The notes beneath the pieces are model-generated. The model searched no databases. It was not told where the DNA came from and saw nothing but the letters and a program-made list of their open reading frames with translations. A stretch of 62,346 nucleotides of DNA, the filler included, from Collodictyon triciliatum (lineage: Eukaryota), in the NCBI GenBank assembly GCA_043381765.1. It is 2 parts of 2 records of this genome, joined end to end, with 100 filler letters (N's around TTAATTAATTAA, not from the genome) between each part and the next. Parts side by side here need not be neighbours in the genome. Positions count along the whole stretch, not along the records: positions 31,394 to 62,346 come from JBHJMP010000932.1; 1 more part is not named here. One strand, written 5' to 3'. This document shows, piece by piece, positions 36,701 to 56,626 of this stretch. The first letter of the stretch is position 1. The number at the start of each line of letters is the position of its first letter. The position numbers and the translations under genes are program-made.

Positions 36701-39086
36701 TTTTTGCAAAACGTAATCATATCTGTCAGACTCTTGATTCTATTTTGGTCAAGTTCACACCAACGCACAAGTCTGTGATAATTGATTCGTTATAAGAAAG
36801 CAGTGAAAAGTATTTTAACTTTATGTATATATACTTGTAATCAAGCGAAAAAAATACTTCAATTTCAGAGAGGCCACGGATTTTAAATTTAATTGACGAA
36901 GAATCAAAACACTAGTTCTTTCAAATGCACCTAACTAGTTTTTTAAAAATAAAATTACAATCGTATATTTGATTCTACTATTTCCTGTCTCGAAGGAGAT
37001 TAATGATATGTATTTTGCTATAAAGTGTGACATCAAGTGAAATGCTACAAGAGGAGATAGAAACACAAAAAGAAACACAAAAAGAAAAAGATAATCAAAG
37101 AAAGAAGGAGAGCAAAACGAACTCTGGCCATTAATTCCTTTCTTTGCTTAGATTCTAGTTTTGCATTCATTAGGCAGACTTTCAACACAACTGCTGGTGT
37201 TTTGGTTCGAATGTCCTGAAAGGAAAGAATACTTTCTTGTGGCGGTACCTGATCAACATTAAAGAAAATTTAAGAATATCGGCGAATGTCATGTGTCTAA
37301 TGATTATGAGTGAATAGAAAGAATGATGTGCATATTATGCTCGTTCATATTTCGATGCTTGTTACCAAGAGAGAAAATGAGGGTTCATAAGGTCAATTAT
37401 GGTTATACATCGGAGGGTTTCTGAAGAGGAACATTGATGCGGGTGCGAAATAGGGATGGTTTGAAGGGCTCTCGGTGAATCCTCGAAAGTGCTTGGTGAT
37501 GCGACTTCAAATTTGGATGCATTAAATGAAATAAGAATCGAGTAATCAACTTTTTTATAAGGGTTTGTTTGTTGGAAGAAAGTCCATAAAGAATACGTCA
37601 GATAGTTGTGATTTGGCGGAGGTAACCTCAAAGTGGAAAGATGATGGATTCATTCCTTCCGTGGGTTCTGGGTAGTCAGGGCGAGGGTCATCCACTTGAT
37701 TGATTTGCTGCCATTCATCTGAATAATAAATCACAAGAAGAAATCATGTAAAGGAATGTGAGCGCATAGCATTCTTGCTCTCGACATTTACTTCCAAATT
37801 CCTCAGAAGGATATTCAGTCGACTAATTGGTGAGCTCAATAGAAATTAATGAAGTAAGTATGATTAATGAAGAATGAAAAATCAAATCGATCAAGTACAA
37901 CTTCTTGAAAAAGTAAAATAATGAAGAATAATTTTCCAAATAAGAGCATGGTGATATAGACCTGGAAGAAATTCCTTATCTGCCGAGAAAAAAGGCCCAT
38001 CAAACGAGAACGGAACATTCACATAACTTCTCATCCATTCTTGCTCTGCTCGCTGATTCGGTGCTGTTTCTGTTTTTTTCTGTATGATTTAATTTCTCAT
38101 TATGTGATGCTTCACTAATCCAGGGAAAAGGCATTTTATTCATAATTTAATGAGATTATATGATAATCACCCTTGTGTAAAATTGACCTATAGAACAAAT
38201 ATAATATATAAATAGGCGATAACTATATTGCTTCGATGACAAGAGAGAAAAGGGAAAAAGAATAACCTCAGGCTCAGTGAATTCAATTTCAATTATTTCC
38301 TGTTCTTTCTGGTCTACTGATACAATCTCCAAAGCTATATAAAATTACAAGGTTAGGAATTAAGAAAAATCCTATGTGATTCGTATGAATATCGCATAAT
38401 TTAAAATTAAGTGCAGTACAATACAGACCTTCAACGTCGGCAACAATGTCAGCCGTGGTTTTGGAGAGTATTTCAGCTCCGGGCTGAAGAAGATTTGCTG
38501 GTGAAAAAGGAAATATGATGAGTTTATTTGCAGATGATTGAAAAGGATTAGTTAGAATTAGTATAATTGTTGTTGCCCAAATGAATAAAAATATATAGAA
38601 TTTAATCGCTTTGATATGCTTGTAACTGTTGCATTTTAGATAAATGATTGATGAAAAGACATTGGCTCCCAGTGACCATCGGTGCTTGATATTTGTGCTG
38701 AAGGTGCCTTCGGTTCTGCATAAACGGAGGGAAATGAGTGAATAGGTGAACAGGTATAGTATACGAGCGACAATATAAGACAAATTTTAAAAAAAAATGC
38801 CTTCAAAAACAAACAGAAAGTAATCTATGAGATAGTATTGCTTCACACAAAAACACGCATACAGAAATACAGATACAGTGTACGGTGTCCCGTCATAGTT
38901 TTAAACGAAAGATGTAACCGTATTTTGGACATTAAAAAGAAAAGAACAGCATTCCTTCCCATGTAGTTATGGTAATGTAAAAAGAATGAGTCATTATCGT
39001 AATTCACATGAGCATATAACTACCCTGCGTCGGCGTCGAACTTTCTTTCCAGCAGCTCCTTGAGTCGGCTGCCTTTTCGTTGCCAT
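31537..39086 (-). CDS. Large multi-exon leucine-rich repeat protein, interrupted by gaps; 3' end not resolved
   Basis: Exons encode LRRs: IQYLDLRGNPI, LRHLDLSNNSLTTL, VLNISFNKI, IQSIDLRGNLL, IQKLNLSHNLITDI and LRILDLSNNKI, with recurring cap-like motifs (ITIxERVxA). Putative start MATKRQP at 39086. Confidence 0.75.
33713..33793. repeat. (AAT)n microsatellite
   Basis: Directly visible. Confidence 0.9.
34587..34692. repeat. (ACAT)n microsatellite at a gap edge
   Basis: Directly visible. Confidence 0.95.
34710..34769 (+). mobile_element. Tiny A-tailed insertion (GAATCGAATAAAGG family) with an 18-bp TSD
   Basis: AAAAGAAACGAAGAGAGT at 34710-34727 and 34752-34769 flanks CCTTTGAATCGAATAAAGGAAAAA. 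Confidence 0.65.
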
Positions 39087-41384
39087 TGTGTTCGGTGCAT
39101 CTTGCAAAAGGGGCTCCTGTTGAACACCAGGGCGACGTGGACTGTNNNNNNNNNNNNNNNNNNNNNNNNNNNNNNNNNNNNNNNNNNNNNNNNNNNNNNN
39201 NNNNNNNNNNNNNNNNNNNNNNNNNNNNNNNNNNNNNNNNNNNNNNNNNNNNNNNNNNNNNNNNNNNNNNNNNNNNNNNNNNNNNNNNNNNNNNNNNNNN
39301 NNNNNNNNNNNNNNNNNNNNNNNNNNNNNNNNNNNNNNNNNNNNNNNNNNNNNNNNNNNNNNNNNNNNNNNNNNNNNNNNNNNNNNNNNNNNNNNNNNNN
39401 NNNNNNNNNNNNNNNNNNNNNNNNNNNNNNNNNNNNNNNNNNNNNNNNNNNNNNNNNNNNNNNNNNNNNNNNNNNNNNNNNNNNNNNNNNNNNNNNNNNN
39501 NNNNNNNNNNNNNNNNNNNNNNNNNNNNNNNNNNNNNNNNNCGTAATGTTGTTCGAGCAAAGGTCTCGAAAACACGTGGATCTGCTTACGAGTCCAACGA
39601 AGCTCCCGGCGGTGCAGCGTTACCTTCGCCTGGGCCTATTCTGTGCGCCATGCAGATCTTTGCACAAACGTGAAACAACGTTTAAAAGAAGAAAAGACAG
39701 AGACAGAGAGAAAGGAAGAGAGTTGCTGTCGTGGTCAATTGACTCTTCTCCAGGAACAAACCACACCAGCTGTAAATCGAGCGAAAAGAAAGATCAACCA
39801 GACAAGGAATGCCAAACAGCCTGGTAGAGTCACCCACAAATAAATAAAATAAAATAAATAAAAATATGCTCAAAGGTCGGTGCAGTACGCCACTGCCGCA
39901 CTCCGAAAGGAAGAGCGCGGCTGAGACACAGGCACCAACGAGCCCACTCTCCAGCTCCAGATCGCGCATGAGAATACCTGCCAGCAACCACGGCCCGGTT
40001 AGGACTGTCCAAAGCGAGTCCCGTCCCGCTTCCCTCCGTTCTATGGCTGGCAACGCCCAAGGTGTCTGGTTTGTTGCGGCCAGCTTTGACAAGTGGGGTT
40101 TTGTTTGGCTCTATGGAGACAATACAGATCGGAATTCATGACAGTCGTTTTCGTGAATCCATTCCTACACTGGCGCATTTTTCTTCATTTTATTGGTTGT
40201 CACAGATTTTGGGATTGGGTTGGTGCTCAGATGTCGAATATTCTTGTTTGCTGTATTAATATGGTATGTTTCACAGAATGTTGCAAATTTCCTGAAAGAG
40301 ACCCTACAAAGGCGAGCGGAGAAGGTTTCCGGGCTGCCGTTGAGAGTGAGGGTATAATCAAGTGGGGGCGGGATTTGCCAACGCTGCACAGTCTGCCACA
40401 GATGGCGACGATGGCTTCGCGTCAAAAGCAATACATGCGGGCTATCGATTGCAGCGGTGCGTTGAAAAGAACTGCTGGCCGCGAAGGAATCAACAGCAAA
40501 CTATTCTGCTATCCGATTTGACCTTCAGATGTTGCAACACTCAGGCAGTCTGATTATAAAAACAAAAAATCAACAGCAGCGCACAATTAACCATGGGCTG
40601 GGGTCGGATTGCTTGGATGGGATATCCCTGAAAAGTGAAATCTTACATTTTGAAATAGATTATTTTCTGTTTTTTTTTCTTTTCTTTTTTTCATCAATTA
40701 GTGAGGACGTGAATCCGGCTGGGAAGAACAAAAGGGCGCCGCACAAGGCGCGGGGACATTGACAGGCCCTGTGAACTCGCGCAGCAGCGCCGAGAAATCA
40801 CTGGTATTGGCTGTGATCGCACACGGATTCTCCCAAACGGATCACATTCGCTTTGACCCGCGGACAAGAAAGTCGAACAAAGACAGAAACGGAACAGCGA
40901 GAAAGTGGGAAAAGAACGGGTTACTGGGGAATGTGGAAGAAGAAAAAAAGTGATGACAGAAAGAATTATAATTAATTTTGGTGGCTTTGCGATGCCATTG
41001 CGTAACGAAACATTCGGCATTTTAGGATATCCTCGCAGTATTCTGGTTGTGGAAAATATCTATTCTGTTTCTTCTGTCGAGATAGGCGGCTGCAGCTCAA
41101 GCCACATCCCTAGACAAATGTATGTGCTGTGCAACCATAAAATCCATGCTTTGAATCTCTCAGCCGTGGGCTGCAGAGTCTTTCGCGCAAGCTCCTTGGG
41201 AGCTGGCGAGTGGATGCGGGCGCTGTCTCTTTTGTAGGTGGTGCATTTATTTCTTTTGGGCAGAGGACAACACCGTTTGCCTTCCAGAGCAGAGATGAGT
41301 ATTGGGGTTTTGCAATACTGTTGTTTGTGTCTTCTCATCCTTGGTTTTCGAAGGCCGCTTTGTCTGTTTATTTCGTGCGAGTGT

Positions 41385-43340
41385 TTACTTCACAATCAGC
41401 TTGCGGTTCTTGACAATAGACCATTTGAGGCGTTTGAAGTAGAAGGAGGCACCGAGCTATGCGGTAGATGAATAGATACAGAGGAATTAGTGAATGGCGA
41501 TGTGGAAAAAGAAATTGGATTTGTGATATAATCTGATAATAGACTTTTGTGTGGATGTTGGAGCAGCAAAGACAGTGTGAAGGCATTCATACCATAACAC
41601 CGAGGACGGTCATGGCCTTGAGTCCCATGCGCTTGCGGTCATCGTGCTCTGGCTCAGCAGCCCTGGTCAATAAGTACAACTACCATCAGCTCCAAAAAAA
41701 AAATAGTTATAGGCCTTTTATAATTGAATAAATATCTCATTCATATATGTTCTCTTCTCTTCTTTTATTTTCTCGTCTTGTTTATCTGATTTCAATACGT
41801 CCCTTCCTCTTTTTTTTCTTTTCCTTAGTTTTAAAAGTTTTTTTTGGTTGTATTTTTTTTTCTATCCAGCATACCAGGCAAGGAAGGTAACTACGTCCTT
41901 GGCCAATTGAGAGACATTCGAAGGTGTGCCATCATCGTACTCCACAGAGCCTTCAAAGAGCTGCATGGGCATGGCAATAGCGCCTCCAGGGAAATACGGG
42001 TTGTAGTAGAGACCCTCACGAACAGTGATACCTGCTGGTGGCTCCTTGTAGCCTAAAAGACAATAGGTTGTTAGCTCTAGTTCCAAAACGCTCAATCCAA
42101 CAAAAATAAATATCCCAGGAAATATTGCCAATCGAGGCATTCACGATTTGTGAAAGGGGAAAGATGTAGTGAAACGCTGTGCATGACATGCCACCATTGA
42201 AGATAGCATGGAGACTTACCAGTCAAGAGGGCAAAAAGATAATCGGCCCCTCCGACGCGAGCCTTGACCATAAGTGAAAGGTCCGGTGGCAGAGCGCCGT
42301 TGTTTGCTGCGCGGGCAGCATTGTCGTTTGCGTAGGGCTTCGGCAGGTAGTCAGACAGCTTTCCGGAGCGGGTGTACATTTCACCCTGGTCATTGGGGCC
42401 GTCCTGGTACTCGGACTCAGCAGCCAAGGCCTTTGCCTCATCTTCAGTGAAGGCGACATCCACCAGGTTGCGATAGGCGATGCGATTCAGGCTGTGGCAT
42501 GAGCTGCAGACCTGTTTGTAGACCTGGAAACCACGGCGGATGCTGTGCGACAGAACGAAGTATTATATTCATTTAGTTGATAAATCTTACAATCGAACCT
42601 ATACTCTGACATTTACCATTGTTTGACAAATCAGCGAAGGAGTTAAAGCAAGGAAAAATAAAAGAATATGGAGCCATGGTTATGTGGTTTATGGGGCATT
42701 GGCGGTGAGGTGTTTATTTTTTATACTTTTCTTTTGATTTTGTTTATTATTATTATTTTGCATTAGTTCTATGTGGAGAGTTTTGTGCAAGGTGAAAGTG
42801 GAATTCAGTCAAAAGAAAAGGCATGAACCTGGCGTGATCGAAGGAGTCGAAGGCGCCACGATGCGACCATGGGTACTTTGGGGCGTGAAGCACATCGTCC
42901 GAAGCGAGCGCAACTGGAGCGCCAACAAAAAGCGCTGCGACTCCGGCGAGAGCTGCGCCTCCAGCTTTGACGGCGCTCACGCTGGGACCAGCTTTCTGAG
43001 TTTATTTTTTAAAAAAAAAAAAAAGCGAACTTGAGTACTGTGGGTGCTTCGCTTATAATCCATCTGAAAATGAAAATGAAAATGAAAATGAAAATGCCTG
43101 AGTGGGAGTGGGAGAAGTGGTAGCAGCGGGTTGAGAGCGGTCGAGAGGAGGTGAAGTATGAAAAGACACGCGAAAGACAAAGTAATATTCACTGAGAGCA
43201 GTGCTGGTAAGTTTGAAGGTATATGAGAGAGACCAGGATTAAGCTGTGGTTACTTACGGGGCCGAGTTGGCGGAGCGTGTTTGGAAGAATGTTGAAGGCC
43301 ATCCAGGCACTGCAAGAGACACAGACAGACGAGAAAACAT
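41385..43340 (-). CDS. CYC1: Cytochrome c1, mitochondrial complex III (7 exons)
   Basis: Presequence MFSRLS..., then [38 protein letters not shown] (CxxCH), [57 protein letters not shown] and [16 protein letters not shown]. Confidence 0.98.
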
Positions 43341-44117
43341 TATTACAAGTGGAGGTTTGTTTCTTTGGAAACAATTGCACGAACTCTCGAGGAAACCCCC
43401 TTCTTTTTTTTTGTTTTTGTTTTTTTTTTCTTGTTGTTGTTAGGGAAAGAACGAGGGTCGGGAGAAGTAGCTGTTTCCTTCAAAAGTTGCGGAGCAACGG
43501 ACAAGCGCAAAAAAAAAAAAAAAAAAGGAGCTGACAGACTTCATCAACCTGGCAGCCTGTCTATTTGAGAGGTCAGGTTTGTTTTATGGATCAGTATTGC
43601 GTGTGGGTCGGTCTTTGTTGCGAAACGCGCGCCACTGGTTTTTTGGTTTTCTGCTGTTTGATGGGGCCTTGAAGAAGAGATAGATGAGATGGCCGGAGCA
43701 GATTAATCTGTGTAGTTGCGTAAGGCACCGCGCTAAGTTAGTGGTTGTCGCTATACTTTGCTCCATGCGCTATAAATTTGCTATAGTGAGCTGGAATGAC
43801 GAAGTCACATATATTTTCACAATATGTAACACAAACAATAATTATAATATTCATAAAAATGTTTAAAATTTGATAAATATATAATGCATATAATTAATTT
43901 TTATAAATTCCATATTTGAACGATTATTTTTTATTTCTGCACTGGATTTTTCAACACCGTTTTTTTTCCGGGCTTGCTCAAAGGGCTTTTCGTTCACGGC
44001 TTTTTCTTGAGACACCTTCATTTTATTCGTCTTAATACTGAGTGTTACGGGACAAGATGGCCTTGTGCACCAGGTAAAAGTGCATTGGATATACTTTCCG
44101 CGCTCTCCGAGATATGT

Positions 44118-45314
44118 TTAGGCATTTCTTCTGGTGCTGGAATCGTGATTGGTGTTTGTGAGTGCGTGGGTTTCCAATTGACTTCATTGCAACATTTAAG
44201 ATATGTTATGTTCGATTCGGTTTGATTTGACAAGTACTTACTTCCGAATGATGTTGTCGATGCCCAGCTTTGCCTCGTCTATGACAGATGTGTCAACTTC
44301 TTTGTTGAGACATACCTTTCTGAGATAATTCAATCCACCACAATCGCTGAGAGTCTTTGTGCATCCAGCTGCATTAAGAGAATAGGGATTGTCAGGCCAC
44401 GGCATACTACGCATTCTTCGGCATTAATCACAATCAGAAGAATTTGAATCCAAACGAAGATTGGAGAGCAGAAATAATCCATGGACAATCCTTGCTATCA
44501 CCGAGCAGGATTCGTTCACACCAAGTCTGATATACGAACTCACAATAGTGGCATACAGGGACGGATTTGGCGTGCCTGGGTGTTTGGGAGGGCTTTGTTA
44601 CTTGAAAATAAAGACCGGAATGAAGTTAATTTTTATGCCCGAGCAAAAAATACAAGTGAATACATGACTCTAGCATCGTTGTGATTCCATCAGCAAGGAC
44701 GCTCTGCACTGACGAGTCACGAATTTCAGACAGAGGCTGCAGAATATCGAAGGCCCCCAGTTCTACAAGCTTAGAATATTCATCTCGCCTGGACTCGATA
44801 TGAACGTCATCTGTGGCATTATACTTCGGGGTGAATATCAAATGGATAATGTGGTAATATGAGTAGTGCATAATTTCAAACATGAAAAAGAATGACAATA
44901 TAATCTTACGCATCAAAAGCACGTGGCCAAATGAGATTCCCATATCAATATATATTTCAGTGTTTGACGAGGAAGCGATTGTAATAATTGTGTCCACGGT
45001 GTGGTATTCTATCAACCGTTGTATGTGTCCGGCTGTTTTTAGAGATACCAGTTATACTTAATTTTCATTTCTTTTAATCTGATGGGGTTTGGTTACGTAT
45101 TAAGAACCATAAAAAAAAAATACAGAACTATTTCATATAGTCCACAGACTGTAACATCAATATGAATGAAAGAAAACCAGACACCTTTTGCTATGTTACA
45201 TATAATCCGAGATATACTCTTGCAAACTTGTGTGTCATTGGGTGATGTCATTTCGATTACGATTTTGAATGTTTCAGAATCTTCCACGAGGATATGGGAG
45301 TAATCACCTTTTCA

Positions 45315-45373
<59 letters not shown>

Positions 45374-47861
45374 CTTGAGATTTTGTGAGAGTTTTTTGAT
45401 GATAAAGAAAAGTGCCGGGCTGCTCATAAGGATTGCAATTGATTTTTTTAGGAAGAAAAAGGGAAGAAAATTATAACGAATATTACTTGAACAAGTCATT
45501 AGAGAAAGAACACGAAGGGTTTCCTTCTGTACTTCATAACTTTTGTGTCTGAGGGTTTTTACAAAGCAATCATGTATATCGTGGCTGACAAATGTCAGAA
45601 TGGCTTCTCCTACACAAAAAAGAAAGCACGAATAAGGAAATACTTGGATAAGTAACGATATATATAATCCAAAAGAAAATCTAATAAAAAAAAATACCGT
45701 CTGAGGAAAACTGTGCCAATGCATCCAACGTAGACAGCAGCATAGAATCGTCCTTTTTGTTTTTTAGACAATAGATGAGGACGCCAAGGATAGAAAGATC
45801 TAATGAGAACGACTTTGCGTGGTCGATGTAATCACCTATACGAGGCTATCTGTGAACCAAAAGAAAAATTACAGTCGATATTTATGGAGAGCATGTGAAT
45901 TGCAGTATACTTCTACTTATATTGACCTATTTTCATCATCTGAGCCACAGCTTTGCACAGTTCATTCTTTGTAAAATCATCTTTGGAGCTCAACAAAGCT
46001 GGAAAATCTGCCATAATTTTCCGAGCTGAAATCTTGTGCGCCGTTTCCTCTGTTTTCGAAGAATAACATCAAATACTCCAAAAAAAAATTACGCAAAGAT
46101 GATACGTACAAAAAAATTCGTTACCTCCGTAAATTGGAATAAGAAAAAAATATAATAACCTGAGCTACACAGAGAAACAATTGTCTTAATGGCAGCTTTT
46201 CTGCATTCAGAAAATCTGCTTTTAATCAACTTAATCAAGGACTCTGCTCCGTCAGCATTCATGATGTTTTCTCCTTGACCTTCTATGATTTAAAATTCGG
46301 ATTATGAACCAACCTGTTGAATCGTTCAGAACGACTCTGAAAGTCAATTCATGAGGAGGTAAAATGGTGAGGAATGAATTACCATTTAATACTAGATTGT
46401 ATATGGCCTCTGTAGCATGTAATCTGACCTCAGATTCAAACGGATAATTAAGCAAATATACAAGCGCGGGTATTCCGCCATTTTCAGCGATAAATATCTG
46501 AGTAGAACCTGACATTTGTGGGTAATCATTTTAAGAGCTTGCAAGACACAATCGATGCATATTAATCGTATTCTGAACATCACTCACTTTCAGCAGCTAA
46601 ATAAGAAACAGCTTGACAGGCATCTCTCCTGATAAAAGGGTCTGGTGACCCTACCAAGGCCACCAAGGGTGCAACAAGGCCAGCGTGGATGATTGAGAGG
46701 TGATTTTCAGCTAGGTTGAAATATATCATAAGCAGCACATCTCTGATAATTTCTTATGTAAGGAAACAGAAAAGACACCACATTCAGAGAGGAATTATTT
46801 GTAAAAATTTATATTTTTTTGGAATTAAAATGAATTTAGCCGAAGCACATACGATTGAGGCATATGGCCGCACTGACTGATGCAGCTTGCCTTTGGTTAT
46901 CCATATTTGTGGACTTTGCCATTCTCACAATCGGGCCCAAATCTATATTCTAAATCGTTTCGATCCAGAAAGGGAAATAGCATTATTATTTATTTTTTTT
47001 TTAAAAAAAAAAAGAACCTTATCGATATTGATCACAATCAGTCAATCCGGATGACGATGCATAGACATTAGATACCAAAAGAAATCGTTTGCTTTAAGTT
47101 CAATATGTGAGATGAATTACATCAGCAGATCTCTGCGGTTTCTTCTTTGCCAGGGTGATTACGGAACAGCCGGTGCCCACAGGAATATCTCTGACAAGAC
47201 TGCGCGAATGACTCCGAGCGTATACATGCACAGACAATTGGCTTTGGCTATGCAAGCGAAACACAGACGCATTTTGCGAAGCGCTCTTTGGCGATGCATT
47301 CAACGCAGATGCAGTCTGATTGACTGAGGATGCGAGTCTGGAAGTGTCAGGAGCCATCGGAGGCGGAATGACCGGGTAATTAGGGGCAGACTCATTCACC
47401 CGCGTTGCTGGGACCGAGCGTGCTCGGAGGCCTCTGCAAGACTCTGGGCGGCTGGGCGAGTTCTGGTTCGGCCTTTGCGATGCCGCCGTGGCATTCAGCC
47501 AGCCACTTGCAGCTCGGCCGGTCTTTGAGGGCGTGCGCGGCTGATTTCGGCGGGGCTGCGGCGAAGAAAGCTCAAAGGATTCCTCCCACAGGACAGACCC
47601 GGGCGTCACGTTGACAGACTGATTCGGCCCAGGCGGAAGCGCGAGATAGACTTCATCGGCCAGTTGCGACGCGCCCGGAAGAGCGTTGTCCTCGTCTGCA
47701 TTGCCAAAGGTGGTCCACTCGGCTCCGCAAGGCGGGCTGCTTGGATTCGGCCCGGCGTTGTTTGGTGAGCCTGGGCTGCGCGGCACTCGCGGGCGGATCG
47801 ATTCCTCGCCGTGGCGGTAGTTCCATACGGTGCGTGAGCTGCTGCCGGCTGAGAGGGCCAT
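44118..47861 (-). CDS. Armadillo-repeat protein with a long disordered N-terminal exon
   Basis: ARM-type segments IIHAGLVAPLVALV, FIAENGGIPALVYLL..VRLHATEAIYNL, LVELGAFDILQPL and SDCGGLNYL. The GC-rich, Ser/Pro-rich first exon starts MALSAG at 47861; the 3' end is approximate. Confidence 0.8.
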
Positions 47862-47962
47862 GGCGTGCGTCCTTGGGTGTGGTGTGTGGGTGTTGTGCTT
47901 TTCATGGTGTTTATTTTCGTGTTGGGTGGGTGAGTGCAAGTCTCTCGGTTGATTGCGGATGG

Positions 47963-48361
47963 TCTCTTTTTCTCTTTTTTTTTCTTTCTCTTTTTTCTCT
48001 CTTTTCTTTTCTCTTTTCTTTTCTCTTTTTTTATCTCTTTTTTTATCTCTTTTTTTATCTCTTTTTTTATCTCTTTTTTTTATCTCTTTTTTCTCTTTTT
48101 TTCTTTTTCTATCTCTTTTTTTTATCTCTTTTTTCTCTTTTTTTCTTTTTTTTTCTCTTTTTTTCTCTTTTTTTTCTCTTTTTTTTCTCTTTTTTTTTCT
48201 CTTTTTTTTTCTCTTTTTTTTCTCTTTTTTTCTCTTTTTTTCTCTTTTTTCTCTTTTTTNCTTTTTTCTCTTTTTTCTCTTTTTTCTCTTTTTTCTCTTT
48301 TTTCTCTTTTTTCTCTTTTTTCTCTTTTTTCTCTTTTTTCTCTTTTTTCTCTTTTCTCTTT
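47963..48361. repeat. Long T/C-rich low-complexity tract between divergent gene starts
   Basis: About 400 bp of (TTTTTTCTC)n-like units. Confidence 0.9.
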
Positions 48362-48798
48362 GAATATGATTTCGTCTTTGGATGTGGACTATTATTTTAG
48401 TTTGATCTCCACAGAAAGTGATTTCCGTTGCAAACTTATTCCAACATCAAGATAATATTTATATAACTATGATATTTGCAAGAATAAATAATCTAATTGA
48501 CCTCAGTTAAGCTTTTTTATATTCACAATATTATTGTTTCCAGATATGATCCGATAGCAAACGGGCGAACATACCGTATGCGTTTTCCACTCCCTTCCTC
48601 GAAAGCACCCTGAAGGATGCGATGGCTTCTTTTCGTTTCCTTAGAGAGTCGCGAGATAAGCATAGAGTCAGGTTCAACCTCGCTCAGGAAGGGTGTGACA
48701 CTCCAATCCCTGCTGAAGAGTTCTGCTCATTCAGCTCCTTTCATCCCTTGGTTCATGCCTGAATGTTTTCTGAGTTGATGGTTTGTTTTCCAACAGCG

Positions 48799-54802
<6,004 letters not shown>

Positions 54803-55236
54803 GAAGGCGAGCATCCAACCCGCACCCTCTGCTCCTTTTCCTATCCGACCCGAGACCACATCTACTATAAAGACAGAACGTAGTAATACATGCAACACAC
54901 GCAGCGTGCAGATAAAGAGCCGGAAGAAGAGGGAAAGGGACTAAAGGAGAGGAAAATGAACGTGCATTGGTACTTGCCCCACCACAGAGGCAAGGCAGAA
55001 TCTTGGCTGCATAGTAACCACTCCTTTGATGCGGACCAAATCCCACCCAAATCCTCGTTTTAGAAGGCCATTTTTCTCTGTTCGAAGCTGCGGGATTCAA
55101 TGAGCAGTAATCCAATCGTTGTGGTAGTGTACAGCTTTGGGTGGTTCGGACAACAATGGGACATCTCGAAACAGAGTTCTGGAAGGCAGGTGCGCATCTG
55201 TTTTGCTGTGTCTCATTGTCCTTGGATTAGCTGTCT

Positions 55237-56513
55237 TTATGAAGCTGGCGCGTCTTCTTGGCGAGGCTCTGCGGCATCATAGGCTTCCTGGCTTGCTTCC
55301 CCGGCGTCTTCGTTCTGGGTGGCCTTCTGGGATTTTGCAGCCGCCTCCTCATCATCGCTGGATTCCTGTGCTTCGTCTTTCTCTCCTTCGCCATCTTCTT
55401 CGTGCTTCCGCTTAGGCTTGGATTGTTAATTGCAACTTCCGTGTGAGGAAAGATAGCGATTGTCTATGGTGTCTATATGTATATGCTTTCTATGTTTCCT
55501 ATGATTATATGTTCAACTCTTCGTTTTATCTTTCTCGATGTGGTGTATGTATTATATTTTGCAAACGAGGACGTGGGTTTTGCTTCGTATATATCCCATG
55601 AGCATATGTATAGACATGGCAATAATCGTGCAAAGATAGTAAATGACTTCTTACTCGGTCAGGGCGAATCAGCTGTGCTTCTGCCTCTTTGCTTGAAATC
55701 AAGGTCAATACGCTTCTTTTCTCCTCCTTACCGAGGAGAAGATTTATGTTATTTCGGCCTCTCCAGCTTGCCACGTAAATAGGCTCATCCACCCTGTCGA
55801 AAAGTGACATTAGAGGTACACGGTCAAACATATATGTATAGAGCATGATTCAAGAGGGATGTTGCAACAGTTGTTTGTTTGTTTGAATAATTTTTTTTTT
55901 ATAATAATCATAGCAGAATAGACTATGGGTATTGAACTCACAACGTGTCTTCATTTGGTTGGCATTGAAGAACAACGCATCCCATCCCTAAACAGAAAGC
56001 ATTCCAGTACGAAAAATGTAAGCGTCGATCAGATACGATTTCCTCTGCCTTCAGGCTTCTCTATCTAGATATATGGACTCCATAGCAGTGAAGAGTGATT
56101 AACATACCAATTGCGGACAGACGATTGGCTAAATCAGCAGAAAACTCGTGAAATGCGCATAAGTTCTTTTCCATGGCCTTTCTACACGTGCAGTAACATG
56201 TTTTTGTTTTCTTAAAATAAAGAATAGGAATAAAATAAAAAAAAAAGTACGCAGATTGAAAGTTGGTAGTTGACTGTGTTGGAAAGATAAGTAAGAACGA
56301 CAGAATTAACAAGGAAGGGAGAAAAAAAAAAGTATTCGTATGACTGATTTTCTGAAAATTACCTCAGCTCCACTTCACGAATATGAATTATTCTGGTTGG
56401 TTTCATATGTGGAACAAGATATGATAACGAATCCTACAATCAAACAGGAATATTATAATGCAATATATGCAGAGGTTCTAATTTTATTGCATCAACGAAG
56501 CTTCAGATTAAAT

Positions 56514-56544
<31 letters not shown>

Positions 56545-56589
56545 GCAATAAATGAAGAAGTTTTAATTTTAAAAAAACAAAAAAAATTC

Positions 56590-56626
<37 letters not shown>

